A stretch of 64,000 nucleotides of DNA, taken from positions 1-64,000 of IMG/VR virus record IMGVR_UViG_3300008448_000018; one strand, 5' to 3'. Of the stretch, positions 33,362 through 44,700 are shown in pieces. Position 1 is the stretch's first letter. Each line of letters begins with the position of its first letter. A program made the translations under genes and the position numbers. The DNA comes from a virus. The notes under the pieces were generated by a model. It was not told the origin of the DNA and searched no databases. It was given only the letters and a program-made list of their open reading frames with translations.

Positions 33362-35059
33362 TTACTTCTTAAGAAGTGCAACCTTAGACTTTGGATTCTT
33401 CTTGTTCCATTTAGTTGCAAGAGAATTATACTGCTTTACAAAAGCAGCACGATCAGCAATTGCCTTAGCATCTGCTGCTGCCTTATCAGCCTTAAGTGTT
33501 GTAATTTCTGCCTTAAGGCTATCAAAAATTCCCTGCATTGCGGTAATCTGTGCAACTAATGCTGCAAGAGTAGCGTTTGTGCTAGAAGAAGAGTTTGATA
33601 CCTTCGCTGTTGCAGATACTGCTACCTGTCCAGCCAAAGGAAGTGAAGTTCCACCAGTTGCTGAAATTGTTACAGTGTTTTCTGTCAATGGCATAAATAC
33701 CTTGTATGACTTAACTGTATCAGTATCAGTTGTAACTGATGTTGCTGTAAGAATATCTGAACCTGAACCAAATGCATAGGTTGAAGTAATTCCACCTGTT
33801 GCAAATAGAGCAGAGTGTGTCTTTCCAGATAATGGAAGACCTGCTGCATCAAGAACTGTTACTCTAATAGTTGCTGCTTCTCCTGGAAGATATGTGTCCT
33901 TGTCAAAAGCCAACTTTACAGTTGCTGCTGGTGACTCTACACGTACTGCAACTGAGTTAGAAGAGATTGTTCCAGACTTAATTGTAACTGCAACATCTCC
34001 AGCCTTAACACCAGTAAGAGTAAATACTGCCTCACCATTAACAATTGTTGCTGCTGTACCTGAATCAGATACTGTTGCAATATTGCTTGAGAAAGCATTA
34101 AGTGTTCCTGCTCCAACTGTTACGCCAGAAGCATCCTTTGCTACTGCCTTAACTGTAGTTGTGTTTGCACCAAGTGCAATAACAGACTTGACTGGAGTTG
34201 CTTCGATTGTAGCAATGTCTCCATAGAATGTTACCTTCTCTGTTGCAAGTACTGTACCTGTAAGTGTTGTAATTGTAATTGTTCCAACTCCTGCAGTACC
34301 GTCAGCAAATACGCCAATGTAATTTCCTGAAGGGATAACAACTGAACGACCAAGAAGTGACATTGTTGTGGCATTTGTGCCATATCCAATTGCTCCTGAT
34401 CCAGTTACTGTAGCAAGAAGCGACTCTGAAGTTGCTCTGCCTGCTGCATTCTTTTGTGCAATAACAATAACTGCTGCTGCATCTGTTGCTGCTGCCTTTG
34501 GCGCAAATACTGAATCATCTGCTGTAGCAGTAATTACTTCACCTCTATTAAGAATTGAAGTTGTTGTTGAAGCAGATGGAACTGTATCTCCAGCCCCTAC
34601 TGTTACTGTCCATGCAACTGATGGACCAGTTGATGGGCGAGTTGTAATAATTCTTGCCTCGTATGTACCTGCAACTGATGGAGCAACCAAAGATACTGTA
34701 AACTTTGCAGTTACATATCCTGGAGTATTAACAGTTGAGTTAACATCTGCTGAAAGATTAGTGTTAGCAATTGCTACAGTTGCTGTTGATGTTTCTAGCA
34801 ATGTAATTGTTGCTGACTTGTTAGCCGTTGATGGCTGTGCAAACATAGCAGAAAGCACGGTTGCTGTATCTGCTGTTGTTTCTGAAATAAATGACAGTGT
34901 AACTACTGCTGTTGCAGTTTCACCAACTAGAATTGAGTCTGTAGCAGAATCAATCGTTAGTGTAGGTGCAATCACAGCAGCACTTGTCGGAAGTGCCGAT
35001 AGTACGCCAAAGGACATTGCTGCAGCGAGTCCTAGAGCGATTTTCTTAAATGAATTCAT
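33362..35059 (-). CDS. secreted Ig-like/S-layer-like Thr/Ala-rich protein
   Basis: MNSFKKIALGLAAAMSFG signal peptide; beta-rich repeats; C-terminal coiled coil. Confidence 0.75.
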   Translation of the reverse strand: MNSFKKIALGLAAAMSFGVLSALPTSAAVIAPTLTIDSATDSILVGETATAVVTLSFISETTADTATVLSAMFAQPSTANKSATITLLETSTATVAIANTNLSADVNSTVNTPGYVTAKFTVSLVAPSVAGTYEARIITTRPSTGPSVAWTVTVGAGDTVPSASTTTSILNRGEVITATADDSVFAPKAAATDAAAVIVIAQKNAAGRATSESLLATVTGSGAIGYGTNATTMSLLGRSVVIPSGNYIGVFADGTAGVGTITITTLTGTVLATEKVTFYGDIATIEATPVKSVIALGANTTTVKAVAKDASGVTVGAGTLNAFSSNIATVSDSGTAATIVNGEAVFTLTGVKAGDVAVTIKSGTISSNSVAVRVESPAATVKLAFDKDTYLPGEAATIRVTVLDAAGLPLSGKTHSALFATGGITSTYAFGSGSDILTATSVTTDTDTVKSYKVFMPLTENTVTISATGGTSLPLAGQVAVSATAKVSNSSSSTNATLAALVAQITAMQGIFDSLKAEITTLKADKAAADAKAIADRAAFVKQYNSLATKWNKKNPKSKVALLKK

Positions 35060-35079
35060 CTTTCTCCTTGTTTGTTTGT

Positions 35080-36864
35080 TTATATTAAGTTGAATTTATC
35101 GAGGAAATCCTTAACATCGTTAGGCATTTCTCGATTATCCAATTCTACCATATCCCTTTGTTTTTGTGCAAGTCGTGTTGCAGAACTCCAGGTATGGACA
35201 TCTATTTCTGTATTATTAGTCTTTGCTGTGTGAGAGATAGCCCCAAATACGGCTCCACATACAGCATCTGCCAAGTCTTTAGATTTTTTACGGGGGTGAT
35301 CAACACGGTTGCCCTTCATAATCTTTAACTCTGACATTTCTTCAAGCAAGATTGGAATCATGGGAATTGAAACACGCTCCTCATAAATCATCATAGCCAA
35401 ATCCTCATAGTGTTTCTTTGCAACAGAAACAGTTTCAGTCCTAATTCCTACTGCTTGCAACTCATTTTGAATATCAAATGACTGCCATCGGTCAAAAGAA
35501 ACCATGCCAAGATTAAATCCTTGTCTACGTAAGTTCATAATCCACTGCTTGACTTCTGATAGGTTAACTGGACCTTCTGCTCTTGGTTCCCACCAGGCTA
35601 CTGCATCCACTACAACAATTGGCGCTACCTGTTCATAATCTTTAATGACCTGAATGTTTACCCACTTATCTACGTGAGCAATAGCAACTGCACACTTGTC
35701 ATGCTTTTGTGCAAGGTCAGCATGTATATAATAAACCTTATTCTCATCTGGCTTAAAGGTTTCATCAAACCTTCTGAACTGATCTAGTGGATTTCTTGTG
35801 TTCATACATTTTTCTAGTTTATCTTTTTGCTTAAAGAAAGCATCTGATGCATATGTTGGCATACAAGCAAAGCGCATCATTGCATCTCCTAGGTCTGTGT
35901 AAAAGGCTAATTTAAAATCTTCTATTTTACGAGTAGGATTAACTTCCCAAGTTGGTCTTTTAAATGCATAGACTCTTGGTATTTTATATGAAAGTATTGT
36001 ATCTTCATCCCACGAAATTTCAAACTGGTTTCCTGGATCATCGTGTGGCAAGTCTTCGTTCATGATAAACGTATGTCTACGCTCAATAGTTTCTTTATCA
36101 GCAATAACTGCTTCATATCGTTGGGAAATAAAGTCACCTTGATATCTGGGGAATGAAAGCAAAACAACTTTACCAAGATCAGGGAAACGAGAATCTACGG
36201 TACCACGGAAGGCTTTATAGATGTTATCAGCAGTTTTTCCTTGTTCGTTACCAGTACCTACTTCTGTAGCAAAACCAGAAATCTCATCAAGTACTGCCAT
36301 AAGAAGGTTTAAACCCTCATGAGATTCTCTTTCTGAATGACCAGAATAAACTGTAATTGCCTTATCGAATTCAATTGAGTCAGCCTTAGCGTTATACTTA
36401 CCCGCAAACCACGGAGATTTTTCAATCTTTGTTTTAAAGCCTTTAAAGAAAACGTTCTTAGCCTGTTGTGCGTTAACAGCAACGTTAATAATATCAATTG
36501 CGTCTCCTGCAGGCTTGCCAAAGTATGTTGCTGGATCCTTTAGGCAAAGTAGTTTATATACTACATATGCACATGCCACGGTTGAAATAAAATCTTTGCC
36601 ACTACCCTTGCCAAGTTGGAGAATCAATTCATTTTTTGTATATTTATTAAAATGATTTAAGCCTTCGGCTTGACCCATAAGTTCTATCAGGTCTTCTTTG
36701 CGATAAATTTGACTCATTGCCTCTACTATTTCATATTGAATATCAGAAAGCAGTGGTTGACCAAGATATTCAGGAGACTGAACAAAGGTTTTTACATCTA
36801 CTGGAGTTTCAATAAAATGGTTTTCTTTTAAAACATCAAGAAACTCATTGAACATCGTGGACAA
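35080..36864 (-). CDS. terminase large subunit
   Basis: GKGSGKD Walker A, VLDE Walker B, LLSFPR, HADLA...SKDLADAV nuclease domain. Confidence 0.88.
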   Translation of the reverse strand: MSTMFNEFLDVLKENHFIETPVDVKTFVQSPEYLGQPLLSDIQYEIVEAMSQIYRKEDLIELMGQAEGLNHFNKYTKNELILQLGKGSGKDFISTVACAYVVYKLLCLKDPATYFGKPAGDAIDIINVAVNAQQAKNVFFKGFKTKIEKSPWFAGKYNAKADSIEFDKAITVYSGHSERESHEGLNLLMAVLDEISGFATEVGTGNEQGKTADNIYKAFRGTVDSRFPDLGKVVLLSFPRYQGDFISQRYEAVIADKETIERRHTFIMNEDLPHDDPGNQFEISWDEDTILSYKIPRVYAFKRPTWEVNPTRKIEDFKLAFYTDLGDAMMRFACMPTYASDAFFKQKDKLEKCMNTRNPLDQFRRFDETFKPDENKVYYIHADLAQKHDKCAVAIAHVDKWVNIQVIKDYEQVAPIVVVDAVAWWEPRAEGPVNLSEVKQWIMNLRRQGFNLGMVSFDRWQSFDIQNELQAVGIRTETVSVAKKHYEDLAMMIYEERVSIPMIPILLEEMSELKIMKGNRVDHPRKKSKDLADAVCGAVFGAISHTAKTNNTEIDVHTWSSATRLAQKQRDMVELDNREMPNDVKDFLDKFNLI

Positions 36865-37381
36865 TTGTAATCACTTCGCCTTCTTTTGCAATAGAAGAAA
36901 GTCTATGCATAATTAAGTCACGTATTTCTGGATGCTCTGAAGCAACATCTCTAAGAATTCCAATAAGGACTTCTTGTTTTCTTTCAATCTCAACCATTTC
37001 TTCTGCAAGTTCTTTGTTCTCAAGTAGACCAGCCTTTTGAAGCATTTCAATTCTAGACTTTTCAATATCCATAACAAGTTTAATAGCCTGAGTTTTTGCA
37101 CTAAGATTATTAGTCAAACTTGATTCATCAATAACCTCATAAGCCTTTGTTATAAGTTTGCTGTAATGTGTGTCTGCTCCAGCAAGAGCCTCTTTAGCAC
37201 GAGCACGAATAGCATCATTGGCAGAAGCCATAACTTTCCACTCATTAATTAATGCAACAACACGAGTTCTTGGCATATCTAGGTCTTTGGAAATCTTAGT
37301 TGGATCTTGACCCTTTAAATATTCAGTTACAACCTTGTTAACTTCATCAAGATGCTCTATTAGTTCTACTTCACTTGACAA
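36845..37381 (-). CDS. HTH protein, possible terminase small subunit
   Basis: N-terminal HTH; immediately upstream of TerL. Confidence 0.5.
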   Translation of the reverse strand: MSSEVELIEHLDEVNKVVTEYLKGQDPTKISKDLDMPRTRVVALINEWKVMASANDAIRARAKEALAGADTHYSKLITKAYEVIDESSLTNNLSAKTQAIKLVMDIEKSRIEMLQKAGLLENKELAEEMVEIERKQEVLIGILRDVASEHPEIRDLIMHRLSSIAKEGEVITIVHDVQ

Positions 37382-37622
37382 TGTATTTACCCTCTAACCT
37401 ATTTATTTCATCTTTAATATAAAAGATTGCCTTTTCAAGATCTTGAATTGTTTTTTCTTCATCTTTAAGACCTGCTCTCCAAAGATATTTAAAAGCATTT
37501 CCAATATTAAAATTACGATGTCTAGTTATTTGAATACATTCAACACCAGAAGGATCTGTTGTATAGTGTAATGGATGATTAACTTGGTCAACTGTAATGC
37601 TTAACTCTGTATGATTACTCAT
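37371..37622 (-). CDS. DUF3310 protein
   Basis: VNHPLHY..GVECI..GNAFKYLWRAGLK..DLEKA.FY. Confidence 0.88.
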   Translation of the reverse strand: MSNHTELSITVDQVNHPLHYTTDPSGVECIQITRHRNFNIGNAFKYLWRAGLKDEEKTIQDLEKAIFYIKDEINRLEGKYIVK

Positions 37623-37743
37623 CTGATTCATCCTCTTCCCAATCAAATGCTTCTGGCATACCTTTAAGCGCTGTGATAACATAGGTTAAACCTACTGCGC
37701 CAGCAATTCCAATTCCAATTAAAACCTTTTGTGCTTTATTCAT
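37615..37743 (-). CDS. small membrane protein
   Basis: MNKAQKVLIGIGIAGAVGLTYV... Confidence 0.6.
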   Translation of the reverse strand: MNKAQKVLIGIGIAGAVGLTYVITALKGMPEAFDWEEDESDE

Positions 37744-37895
37744 CGTCGTGACTTCCTTAGTCCAAATTTAGCAAGGTAAACATAGATTGTTTCTACGCTT
37801 GCCCCGCACTCTTTTGCAATCTCTTCTGGAGACTTTTTATCCATAAGAAACCTCTTACGGAGCCAAACCTCTGATGTATATAGTTTACCAGCCAT
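37740..37895 (-). CDS. small HTH protein
   Basis: WLRKRF..KSPEEIAKECGASVETIYVYLAKFGL. Confidence 0.75.
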   Translation of the reverse strand: MAGKLYTSEVWLRKRFLMDKKSPEEIAKECGASVETIYVYLAKFGLRKSRR

Positions 37896-37899
37896 AGCG

Positions 37900-38496
37900 T
37901 TATTTGTCAACCCCCAAAGCCTTATTCCAATTATTTACAGCCCAATGACCAATGCCACAGGCATCAGCCACATCGTTATCAGTAATAGTCTTTTTATACT
38001 GAAACTCTATAAAGTCCATAGTTCTTTGTTTTCTAAGATTACGCTCAAAGGTTTTATACCAAGACAAAGACTTTCCAGGATTTCTAACAGCAATCATTGC
38101 TCTTTCATCTTTAGATATCTTTTTGTTACCAATATAATTTTGCCAGGTAATAGGTGAAACTTTTCCCACTGTAGTAATTCCACACATAGCGGCAGCACCA
38201 AGAAGAGCACCCTGAACCAATGCAAGATCGGCAGCAGTCTTAGGGCTATTCATAAATACCGTATGTTCAATTACTATAGCATCTGCCTTCATAATTGTTT
38301 CAAAATATGCCTTAGTTTTTCTAGCAGCATCCCCCACTTTAGCGTATATGTCTTCACCTTCAAAGTTTATCTTACCAATTTCTTTTAAATCTTTTTTATC
38401 AAATACAGCAAAAGCAAGGCTATTTGTACTAGCGTCTATAGCACAAACACGATCTGGCTGAACCTCTATGCCCCACTTATTCTTGCTCATAATCAA
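37900..38496 (-). CDS. RuvC-like Holliday junction resolvase
   Basis: AIDAST, IVIE, DNDVADACGI. Confidence 0.8.
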   Translation of the reverse strand: MIMSKNKWGIEVQPDRVCAIDASTNSLAFAVFDKKDLKEIGKINFEGEDIYAKVGDAARKTKAYFETIMKADAIVIEHTVFMNSPKTAADLALVQGALLGAAAMCGITTVGKVSPITWQNYIGNKKISKDERAMIAVRNPGKSLSWYKTFERNLRKQRTMDFIEFQYKKTITDNDVADACGIGHWAVNNWNKALGVDK

Positions 38497-38767
38497 TAAA
38501 CCCCTTTAATTCTTTTAACATTTTTGCTACTTGTTTTTCACTTACATTGCAGTTAGCACAAAATCCAGAATCGTTATATATTGATAACTGGGTTTGGCAA
38601 CCACCTAAACAAAATCTTTTCTTGCCTTTTCTCTTTTGACGACGAGTTATCTGATACCTCTCGGTAATCTTTTCTTTAGTTGCAGCGTCTCTACAATCAA
38701 CACTACAGTAAATTTGATAAGTTACTTTAGGTTCAAAATATGTATCACATCTGTCACAGAGTTTCAA
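38477..38767 (-). CDS. zinc-finger protein
   Basis: CDRC..YCS.DC..C..C..CANC. Confidence 0.75.
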   Translation of the reverse strand: MKLCDRCDTYFEPKVTYQIYCSVDCRDAATKEKITERYQITRRQKRKGKKRFCLGGCQTQLSIYNDSGFCANCNVSEKQVAKMLKELKGFIDYEQE

Positions 38768-39569
38768 TCAGCCCCTCCATAGATTTGATTTTAACAACTC
38801 CAGCGCCAGCCTCATCACATGCTGCTTTGATTGGGCATGTCTTACATATTTTTGAATTAGCACGATAATTTTTAGTTGGTAGTGTTCGATCAACCCAAGC
38901 CTTACGAACATCACGCATCCATTGGAAAGTTGCATCAATCCACTGTCGATAATAATCGTCTACTTCAACTGGAAGAACTAAGAGTTCATGATTATTTTTA
39001 TTCTCATAAATCAATACACCCTTTTTCTTACCAAGAATCTTCATATAGATAAGCAACTGAATTAGGTGACCAGTTTTAGGCTTCATTGAGTTCTTACGAT
39101 ACTCAAACCCTTCGTTAAGCATTGTCTTGATTTCTCCGACAATCTCTTCGCCTTCCCAGTCAAGCATTGCATCACCATATCCAAAGATAGGTGGATCATC
39201 ATATCTAATCTTAAATTCTGTTGTTGGCTGGTTATCGTCATCACGGTATACCTTGGCAACTCCAGCATTCATCATGGCATCTTGAATTCTTGCGTGTGAC
39301 AATGTTCCAGCAGTCATATTTGCTGCACCATAGGCATCTGCGTTGTCTTCAAATGTAGCACCATCAAATGCAAGATACCAATAGCGTGGACACTCTCCAT
39401 GGCTATAGGCAATTGTTGATGGGGCAAATGTTTTTTTGGTTTGAAACTTTGGACCACGATTTACAACGTATCCAGATTTAATCTTTTCAATCAGCGCATC
39501 TGCATCCAGTATGGTGCTTTTCTTAGAAACACTTTTGAGCATAACCTGCTGTAATAAACTTTTTGTCAT
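38754..39569 (-). CDS. Cas4-like PD-(D/E)xK exonuclease
   Basis: CPR, GYGD, EIKT, QLLIY, CKTCP..AC. Confidence 0.85.
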   Translation of the reverse strand: MTKSLLQQVMLKSVSKKSTILDADALIEKIKSGYVVNRGPKFQTKKTFAPSTIAYSHGECPRYWYLAFDGATFEDNADAYGAANMTAGTLSHARIQDAMMNAGVAKVYRDDDNQPTTEFKIRYDDPPIFGYGDAMLDWEGEEIVGEIKTMLNEGFEYRKNSMKPKTGHLIQLLIYMKILGKKKGVLIYENKNNHELLVLPVEVDDYYRQWIDATFQWMRDVRKAWVDRTLPTKNYRANSKICKTCPIKAACDEAGAGVVKIKSMEGLIETL

Positions 39570-39601
39570 TATATCCCCTTGTTTTATATAAGTATAGCAT
39601 G

Positions 39602-39913
39602 TTATCGCATTATGTATTTAAGTGCTGATACTAAGTTATTTACTGCTTCTGCTGCTGTATAGTAAATGTTTTTCTTTGCTCTGTTGTTTTTATCTACATT
39701 TGCCATCCAAGTAGCCTTTAGTGCTAACTTTCCTGCAATAGCCTGAAGTCTAACGATTTCAATACTGGCTACTGGAGCAGGGATATCTGGTTTAATGATT
39801 AACTTAGCAATCATTGTTAGAGCCGTATTGAGTTCTTCATCTTCCATAAACTCAGCAATCTCTGCCAAACCATTAATCATTTCTAGTGTTGTTTGCCCTG
39901 TACCCTCTGTCAT
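39602..39913 (-). CDS. hypothetical helical protein
   Basis: AAGGAG RBS. Confidence 0.75.
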   Translation of the reverse strand: MTEGTGQTTLEMINGLAEIAEFMEDEELNTALTMIAKLIIKPDIPAPVASIEIVRLQAIAGKLALKATWMANVDKNNRAKKNIYYTAAEAVNNLVSALKYIMR

Positions 39914-39914
39914 T

Positions 39915-40199
39915 TTATTCTCCTTCTATCAACTGTTCTAGTAGTTCTAATTCTATAATAGCCAGACGTACCTTCTTTGTACCCTCGCCTAAAACAATCA
40001 CTAGCGCTGGATCCATATTTTTCTTTAGAGCATCAGTAACTGCTTTTGCCCATACATCTTGGTTAAGTGTAAAAGATTTAGAGCACTCTTTGAAGTCTAA
40101 AACAAAGTTATGCCAAGAAGCATCTCCCTTTGTATTATTTCTTCCAGAGTTTTTATGCTGCTTAGCACCTATTCTTTTAGATTCTCCACGCTCACTCAT
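39915..40199 (-). CDS. small PD-(D/E)xK resolvase-like nuclease
   Basis: SG...KGD...DFKE. Confidence 0.65.
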   Translation of the reverse strand: MSERGESKRIGAKQHKNSGRNNTKGDASWHNFVLDFKECSKSFTLNQDVWAKAVTDALKKNMDPALVIVLGEGTKKVRLAIIELELLEQLIEGE

Positions 40200-40374
40200 T
40201 TTTAAAATCACTTTTCTTTTTCTTTGGAGGAATGAGATTTACTTTTGATATATGTTTTTCTGGACACATCCATGTTGCATCCCCACTTTCAGCCCAATAT
40301 CTTAAAGATGTAACTTCAACTCCACACTTCTTACATGGAAATTTTCCAGGATATACAGTAAAATCTTTAGCCAT
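40192..40374 (-). CDS. zinc-ribbon protein
   Basis: CKKC..C..KH. Confidence 0.7.
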   Translation of the reverse strand: MAKDFTVYPGKFPCKKCGVEVTSLRYWAESGDATWMCPEKHISKVNLIPPKKKKSDFKNE

Positions 40375-41383
40375 TATTCAACTTATCTTTAAGACTTTGC
40401 TGTAAGTCAAGGTCTTCCTTAACACGAGCAATAAAACCATCTCTACCTTGAACTTTAGTTCCATCATCTAGTTGGTACCATGCACCAGTTCTATTTACAA
40501 GACCTGCTGCTTCTGCTGTATCAACTAAATCTCCTATGGAGTCGATTCCTACTTCATCTCCTCTAAAATAAAAATCATACTCACCTGATTGAAATCCTGG
40601 AGAAGTTTTTGAGAACTGCAGTTCCCAACGAATCTTTCTACCAATCTTTTCTTCAATTAACTTATCACCAATCTTTATTTTGCCTTTAATTGCTTGGTTA
40701 TCCGATTCGGACGAAAACAATTTAATAACAGTAGAAGAATAGAACTTAGTAGCCTGACCACCAGTAGGCTGCTGGCTAGTATACATAGCATTAATATTGT
40801 TACGGCTTTGACTAATAAGAACAAAAAGCGTTGGCTTAACTTTATTATTTGCATAGTTAATCATCTTCCAAGCATTGGAAAAGTCACGAGACTCTGCACC
40901 AATTTGTTTTGTGTTTTCAAGTTGCTTGAGTTCATCGGAATCCTTTTCAAAATAGATTGCTGGAAGTAATGATGTAATTGAGTCAACAACCACAATATCA
41001 ACACCAGCATTGATTAGGTTTGTACCTACGTCAACCATTTCATTAATTGTACGAGCCTGAGAATAAATAAGTTTAGATGAATCTACTCCAAGACGTTCTG
41101 CCCATGCTTTATCGTATGACATTTCTGCATCAATCCATGCACAGATCTTTCCTTCTTTCTGTGCTAGACCAATCATCTGAAGGCATAGAGAAGACTTTGC
41201 AGAGGATTTAGAACCCCAAACAAGTACTTGACGACCATATGGTAATCCACCTGCTAATGCACGGTTTAAACCAAAACTGGGAGTTGCTGCATATTCTGTT
41301 GGAGGTACTGAGTCTCCAACCATAATAGTCTTACGCAACTTAGGGTTAAGTTGTGCCAATACTTCTTCCATTGTTACTGACAT
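40367..41383 (-). CDS. recA: RecA/UvsX-like recombinase
   Basis: GGLPYGR, IDAE, VVVDS, PTGG.A.KFYSS, GAWY. Confidence 0.92.
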   Translation of the reverse strand: MSVTMEEVLAQLNPKLRKTIMVGDSVPPTEYAATPSFGLNRALAGGLPYGRQVLVWGSKSSAKSSLCLQMIGLAQKEGKICAWIDAEMSYDKAWAERLGVDSSKLIYSQARTINEMVDVGTNLINAGVDIVVVDSITSLLPAIYFEKDSDELKQLENTKQIGAESRDFSNAWKMINYANNKVKPTLFVLISQSRNNINAMYTSQQPTGGQATKFYSSTVIKLFSSESDNQAIKGKIKIGDKLIEEKIGRKIRWELQFSKTSPGFQSGEYDFYFRGDEVGIDSIGDLVDTAEAAGLVNRTGAWYQLDDGTKVQGRDGFIARVKEDLDLQQSLKDKLNNG

Positions 41384-41727
41384 TAGAATCGTACCCCGTG
41401 TTTTTCTGGTCTAGTTTTATTAAAATCTATTTTTTCTCTTAACATTTGATCAAGAGATAGTTTTGTATATCCAGCCTCTACCATGCCAGCATATAAATCT
41501 AATGTACGGATAATGATGTCTGCAAATTCTTTAGTTATTTCTTCTTCACCCTTATCTTTACGTACTGCTTCCATTACTTCAGTAACCTCTGAAACAATCA
41601 TCATACACTGCTTAGCAACAAAAATATCGTCTATTGCATCGCTATCTTCTGGGCTTCCCCAAAAACCTTTTTCAACTGCTACCTTATGTAATTCAATTGC
41701 TAGATTATCAAACACGTTATCGTACAT
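41383..41727 (-). CDS. MazG-like NTP pyrophosphohydrolase
   Basis: SEVTEVMEA..EFADIIIR.LD..KHG. Confidence 0.85.
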   Translation of the reverse strand: MYDNVFDNLAIELHKVAVEKGFWGSPEDSDAIDDIFVAKQCMMIVSEVTEVMEAVRKDKGEEEITKEFADIIIRTLDLYAGMVEAGYTKLSLDQMLREKIDFNKTRPEKHGVRF

Positions 41728-44700
41728 TTACTTCCTCCAATGTAATTGTTCCATCTTTTGTTTTACCAAACTTAAATTTATAAGCATTGCCTTCTTCAAT
41801 ATGCATGTATGCCTGTGCAAACGAAGTTGGAAATACTGTAACTGGGTGCAAATCTCTACTAGTATCTGCTAAGGTTAAAGAAGCCATTTTTTTACCAGCC
41901 TTTGTAATTCTTGGCTTAAAGGAAACAACAAACATTTCCTCTTCTGTAAAAGGCAATTGCTTATAATTTAAAAACTTTACAAGTGCATTTGATGAACCTT
42001 TAATCTCTTCTACTGGAATAGCAGAGACAATTCTGTTATCAGTAGCCAGAAGAAGGTAAGTCTTCCCTGGCTCAATCATTGTTTGTTCTTCATCAAAAAT
42101 GCCAACGGATCCAGTCTTGTCAAGAATTTCTACTCTAGACCAACCTTTGCCACGCTTAATACTTTTAACCATACCCATTAATACAAAAGAACCCTTTTCC
42201 TCAAAATCACAAACCTCTTGAATAAATGCATGGTAATGGGATGGGACTGTAATGTTAAACTCAGGAAGATTTAAATAATCATAAAGATTTTCTTTAATCT
42301 CTTGCTCATTACGTGGATTATCTGGGAAGTTAGCAGCACCAATAACTCTTAATGCTTGTAGTGCCCTGCTGTTTACTCCATTTCCTTTTGTAAAGGTAAA
42401 TTCTTCAAGTTCTTTGTATGAACTAAATGGTCGTGCCGTAATGTATCTCTCTGCAATTTTGTCAGATATGTACTTGATAGCAGTGAGTCCAAACCGAATA
42501 CCCTTACCCTCAATTTTAAAATCAATATCCGAATCGTTAATGTGAGGTAACTTAATACTAATGCCCATTCTTTTCGCTTCAATAAGATACTCAGTTCTTC
42601 CATCTTTATCCTTTTCGTTTTTAAGAAGTGCAAACATAAACTCAAGAGGGTAGTAATATTTTAACCACGCCGTCCAATACGAGACTGTAGAGTAAGCAAC
42701 CGCATGAGACTTGTTGAACGAGTAGCCTGCATGCGCCTCAAAGTCATGCCATAAATCAAGAGCCTGATTGGGACTAATATAGGCAGAAGCACCTTTAACG
42801 AATTTGTCTTTGAATACGTCAAACTCTTTAGCATCTTTCTTCTTGCCAATGATCTTTCTAACTTTATCTGCTTCCGACATGGACATACCGCCAAGGTGTA
42901 CGCATGCTTGCATAACTTGTTCCTGGTATAAAACACAGCCATAGGTATCCTCCGTAAATGGTTTCATTACCTGATGACTATATGATACCGACTGTTTTCC
43001 ATGCTTACGAGCAATATAGTCTTTACCAATAGTGTTCATTGCGCCAGGTCGAACTAAAGCGTTTGATGCAGCAAGTTCATTTAGGTTCTTTACACCCATC
43101 TTAATAAGAAGGTTTGTATATGGTGTTGCTTCACACTGAAATACACCCTTAGTGTATCCACTGGATAACATTTCATATACATTTGCATCGTCCATATCAA
43201 TATTTAATAAGTCTATATCTTTAAAATGATTTTGTTTGACCATTTGTAAAGTATCTTGGATTACACTTAAAGTCTTTAACCCAAGAGCATCTATCTTAAT
43301 TAAACCAATTCTTTCAGCCTCTTCCATATCCACAGCAACCACTGGAATGCGATCATCGCTACCAGTACTAGAGCGTGTTTCCATAGGTGCATGTCTAAAG
43401 ATTGGTTCTTTTGATGTTACAACACCAGCAGCATGAATTCCAGTACCACGGATTCTGCCACGAAGTTTATCTCCATAGATTTCTACTTCAGGGTATTTTT
43501 CACGGAACCATGCAGTTGTTTTAGAACTACAATACTCATCCCATGTATCTACTAACTTTAGAACTTTGTTAACATCTGTTAATGGAATATCTAAAACTCG
43601 TGCAACATCTCGCACTACACCCTTATCTTTGAACTGAAGGAATGTTGCAATTGATGCTACGTGTCTATACTGTCTAACTAAATAATCTTTAACTTCTTCA
43701 CGTCTATTATCTTGAATGTCTGTATCAATATCAGGAAAGTCATTACGCTCTGGGTTAATAAAACGGAAGAATAGAAGTCCATGTTCAATTGGATCAATTT
43801 CAGTAATGCCAAGTGCATAACATACCAAAGAGCCTGCAGCAGATCCACGACCAGGACCTACCATAATCCCTTCCTTCTTTGCCCAACTAATCATACTTTG
43901 CACAACAAGAAAGTATGGACCAAAGTTCTTTGTTTTAATAATCTCTAACTCTTCATCAAGACGAGCAAGATATTCTGGATTACTATCAAACCCACGAACC
44001 TTTAAACCTTCTAGTGCAAGAGATTTTAGTTCTTTATCAGGATTCTTGTATTGTACTGGTAGGAGGTTTAGACCATCTTTAATGTCATAGTCCTCTATCT
44101 TATCTGCAATGGTTATAGAGTTGATATACATGTCTTCTCTTACAATACCCTGCGATTCCATGGCTACCTTCATCTCATCATAAGATAAAAGATGGATGTC
44201 AAACTTATTAAATGACATTTGGCGATCTTCACCATACAAATAATCAAGACGCTTCATCATTCCATTTTGCTTTTTAGACTTATCATAGGTTACATCTTTT
44301 TGAACTTTAGCATGTGAGTTCATTAATAGTTTAAATTCTTGAATCTCTTTTTGTGATTCATCAACATGGTGACAGTCTGGTGTTACGACAGTTTGTACCT
44401 TGAACTCATCTGCAAGTTCTGCTAGTTGCTTATTAACTTCTGCACCATTGTGTGGCATGAGTTCCATATAAAAATCATCTTTAAATACACGCTTGAACCA
44501 CTCAATGTGCTTCTTAGCCTGAGCATACTCCCCATGCTCCAAGGCTTTTGCAATGATACCGCTTAGACATCCAGATAAAACAATAATGCCTTCGCTGTAC
44601 TTTTCTAGAACTTCAAAGTCAAAGCGTGGCTTACTAAAATATCCTTCAGTCCAAGCGATTTCATTAATCTTGTTTAGATTTTCTAAACCAAGTTGGTTCT

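Noticed and set aside
33402-35093. Long + strand ORFs (e.g. 34368-35093), likewise those opposite the TMP and the 820-aa gene
   Set aside because: Antisense shadows of Ala/Thr-rich minus-strand genes; no RBS or motifs.
38754-39569. Cas4-like gene suggesting CRISPR
   Set aside because: No repeat-spacer array or other cas genes seen; solo Cas4-like nucleases are routine in phage recombination modules.
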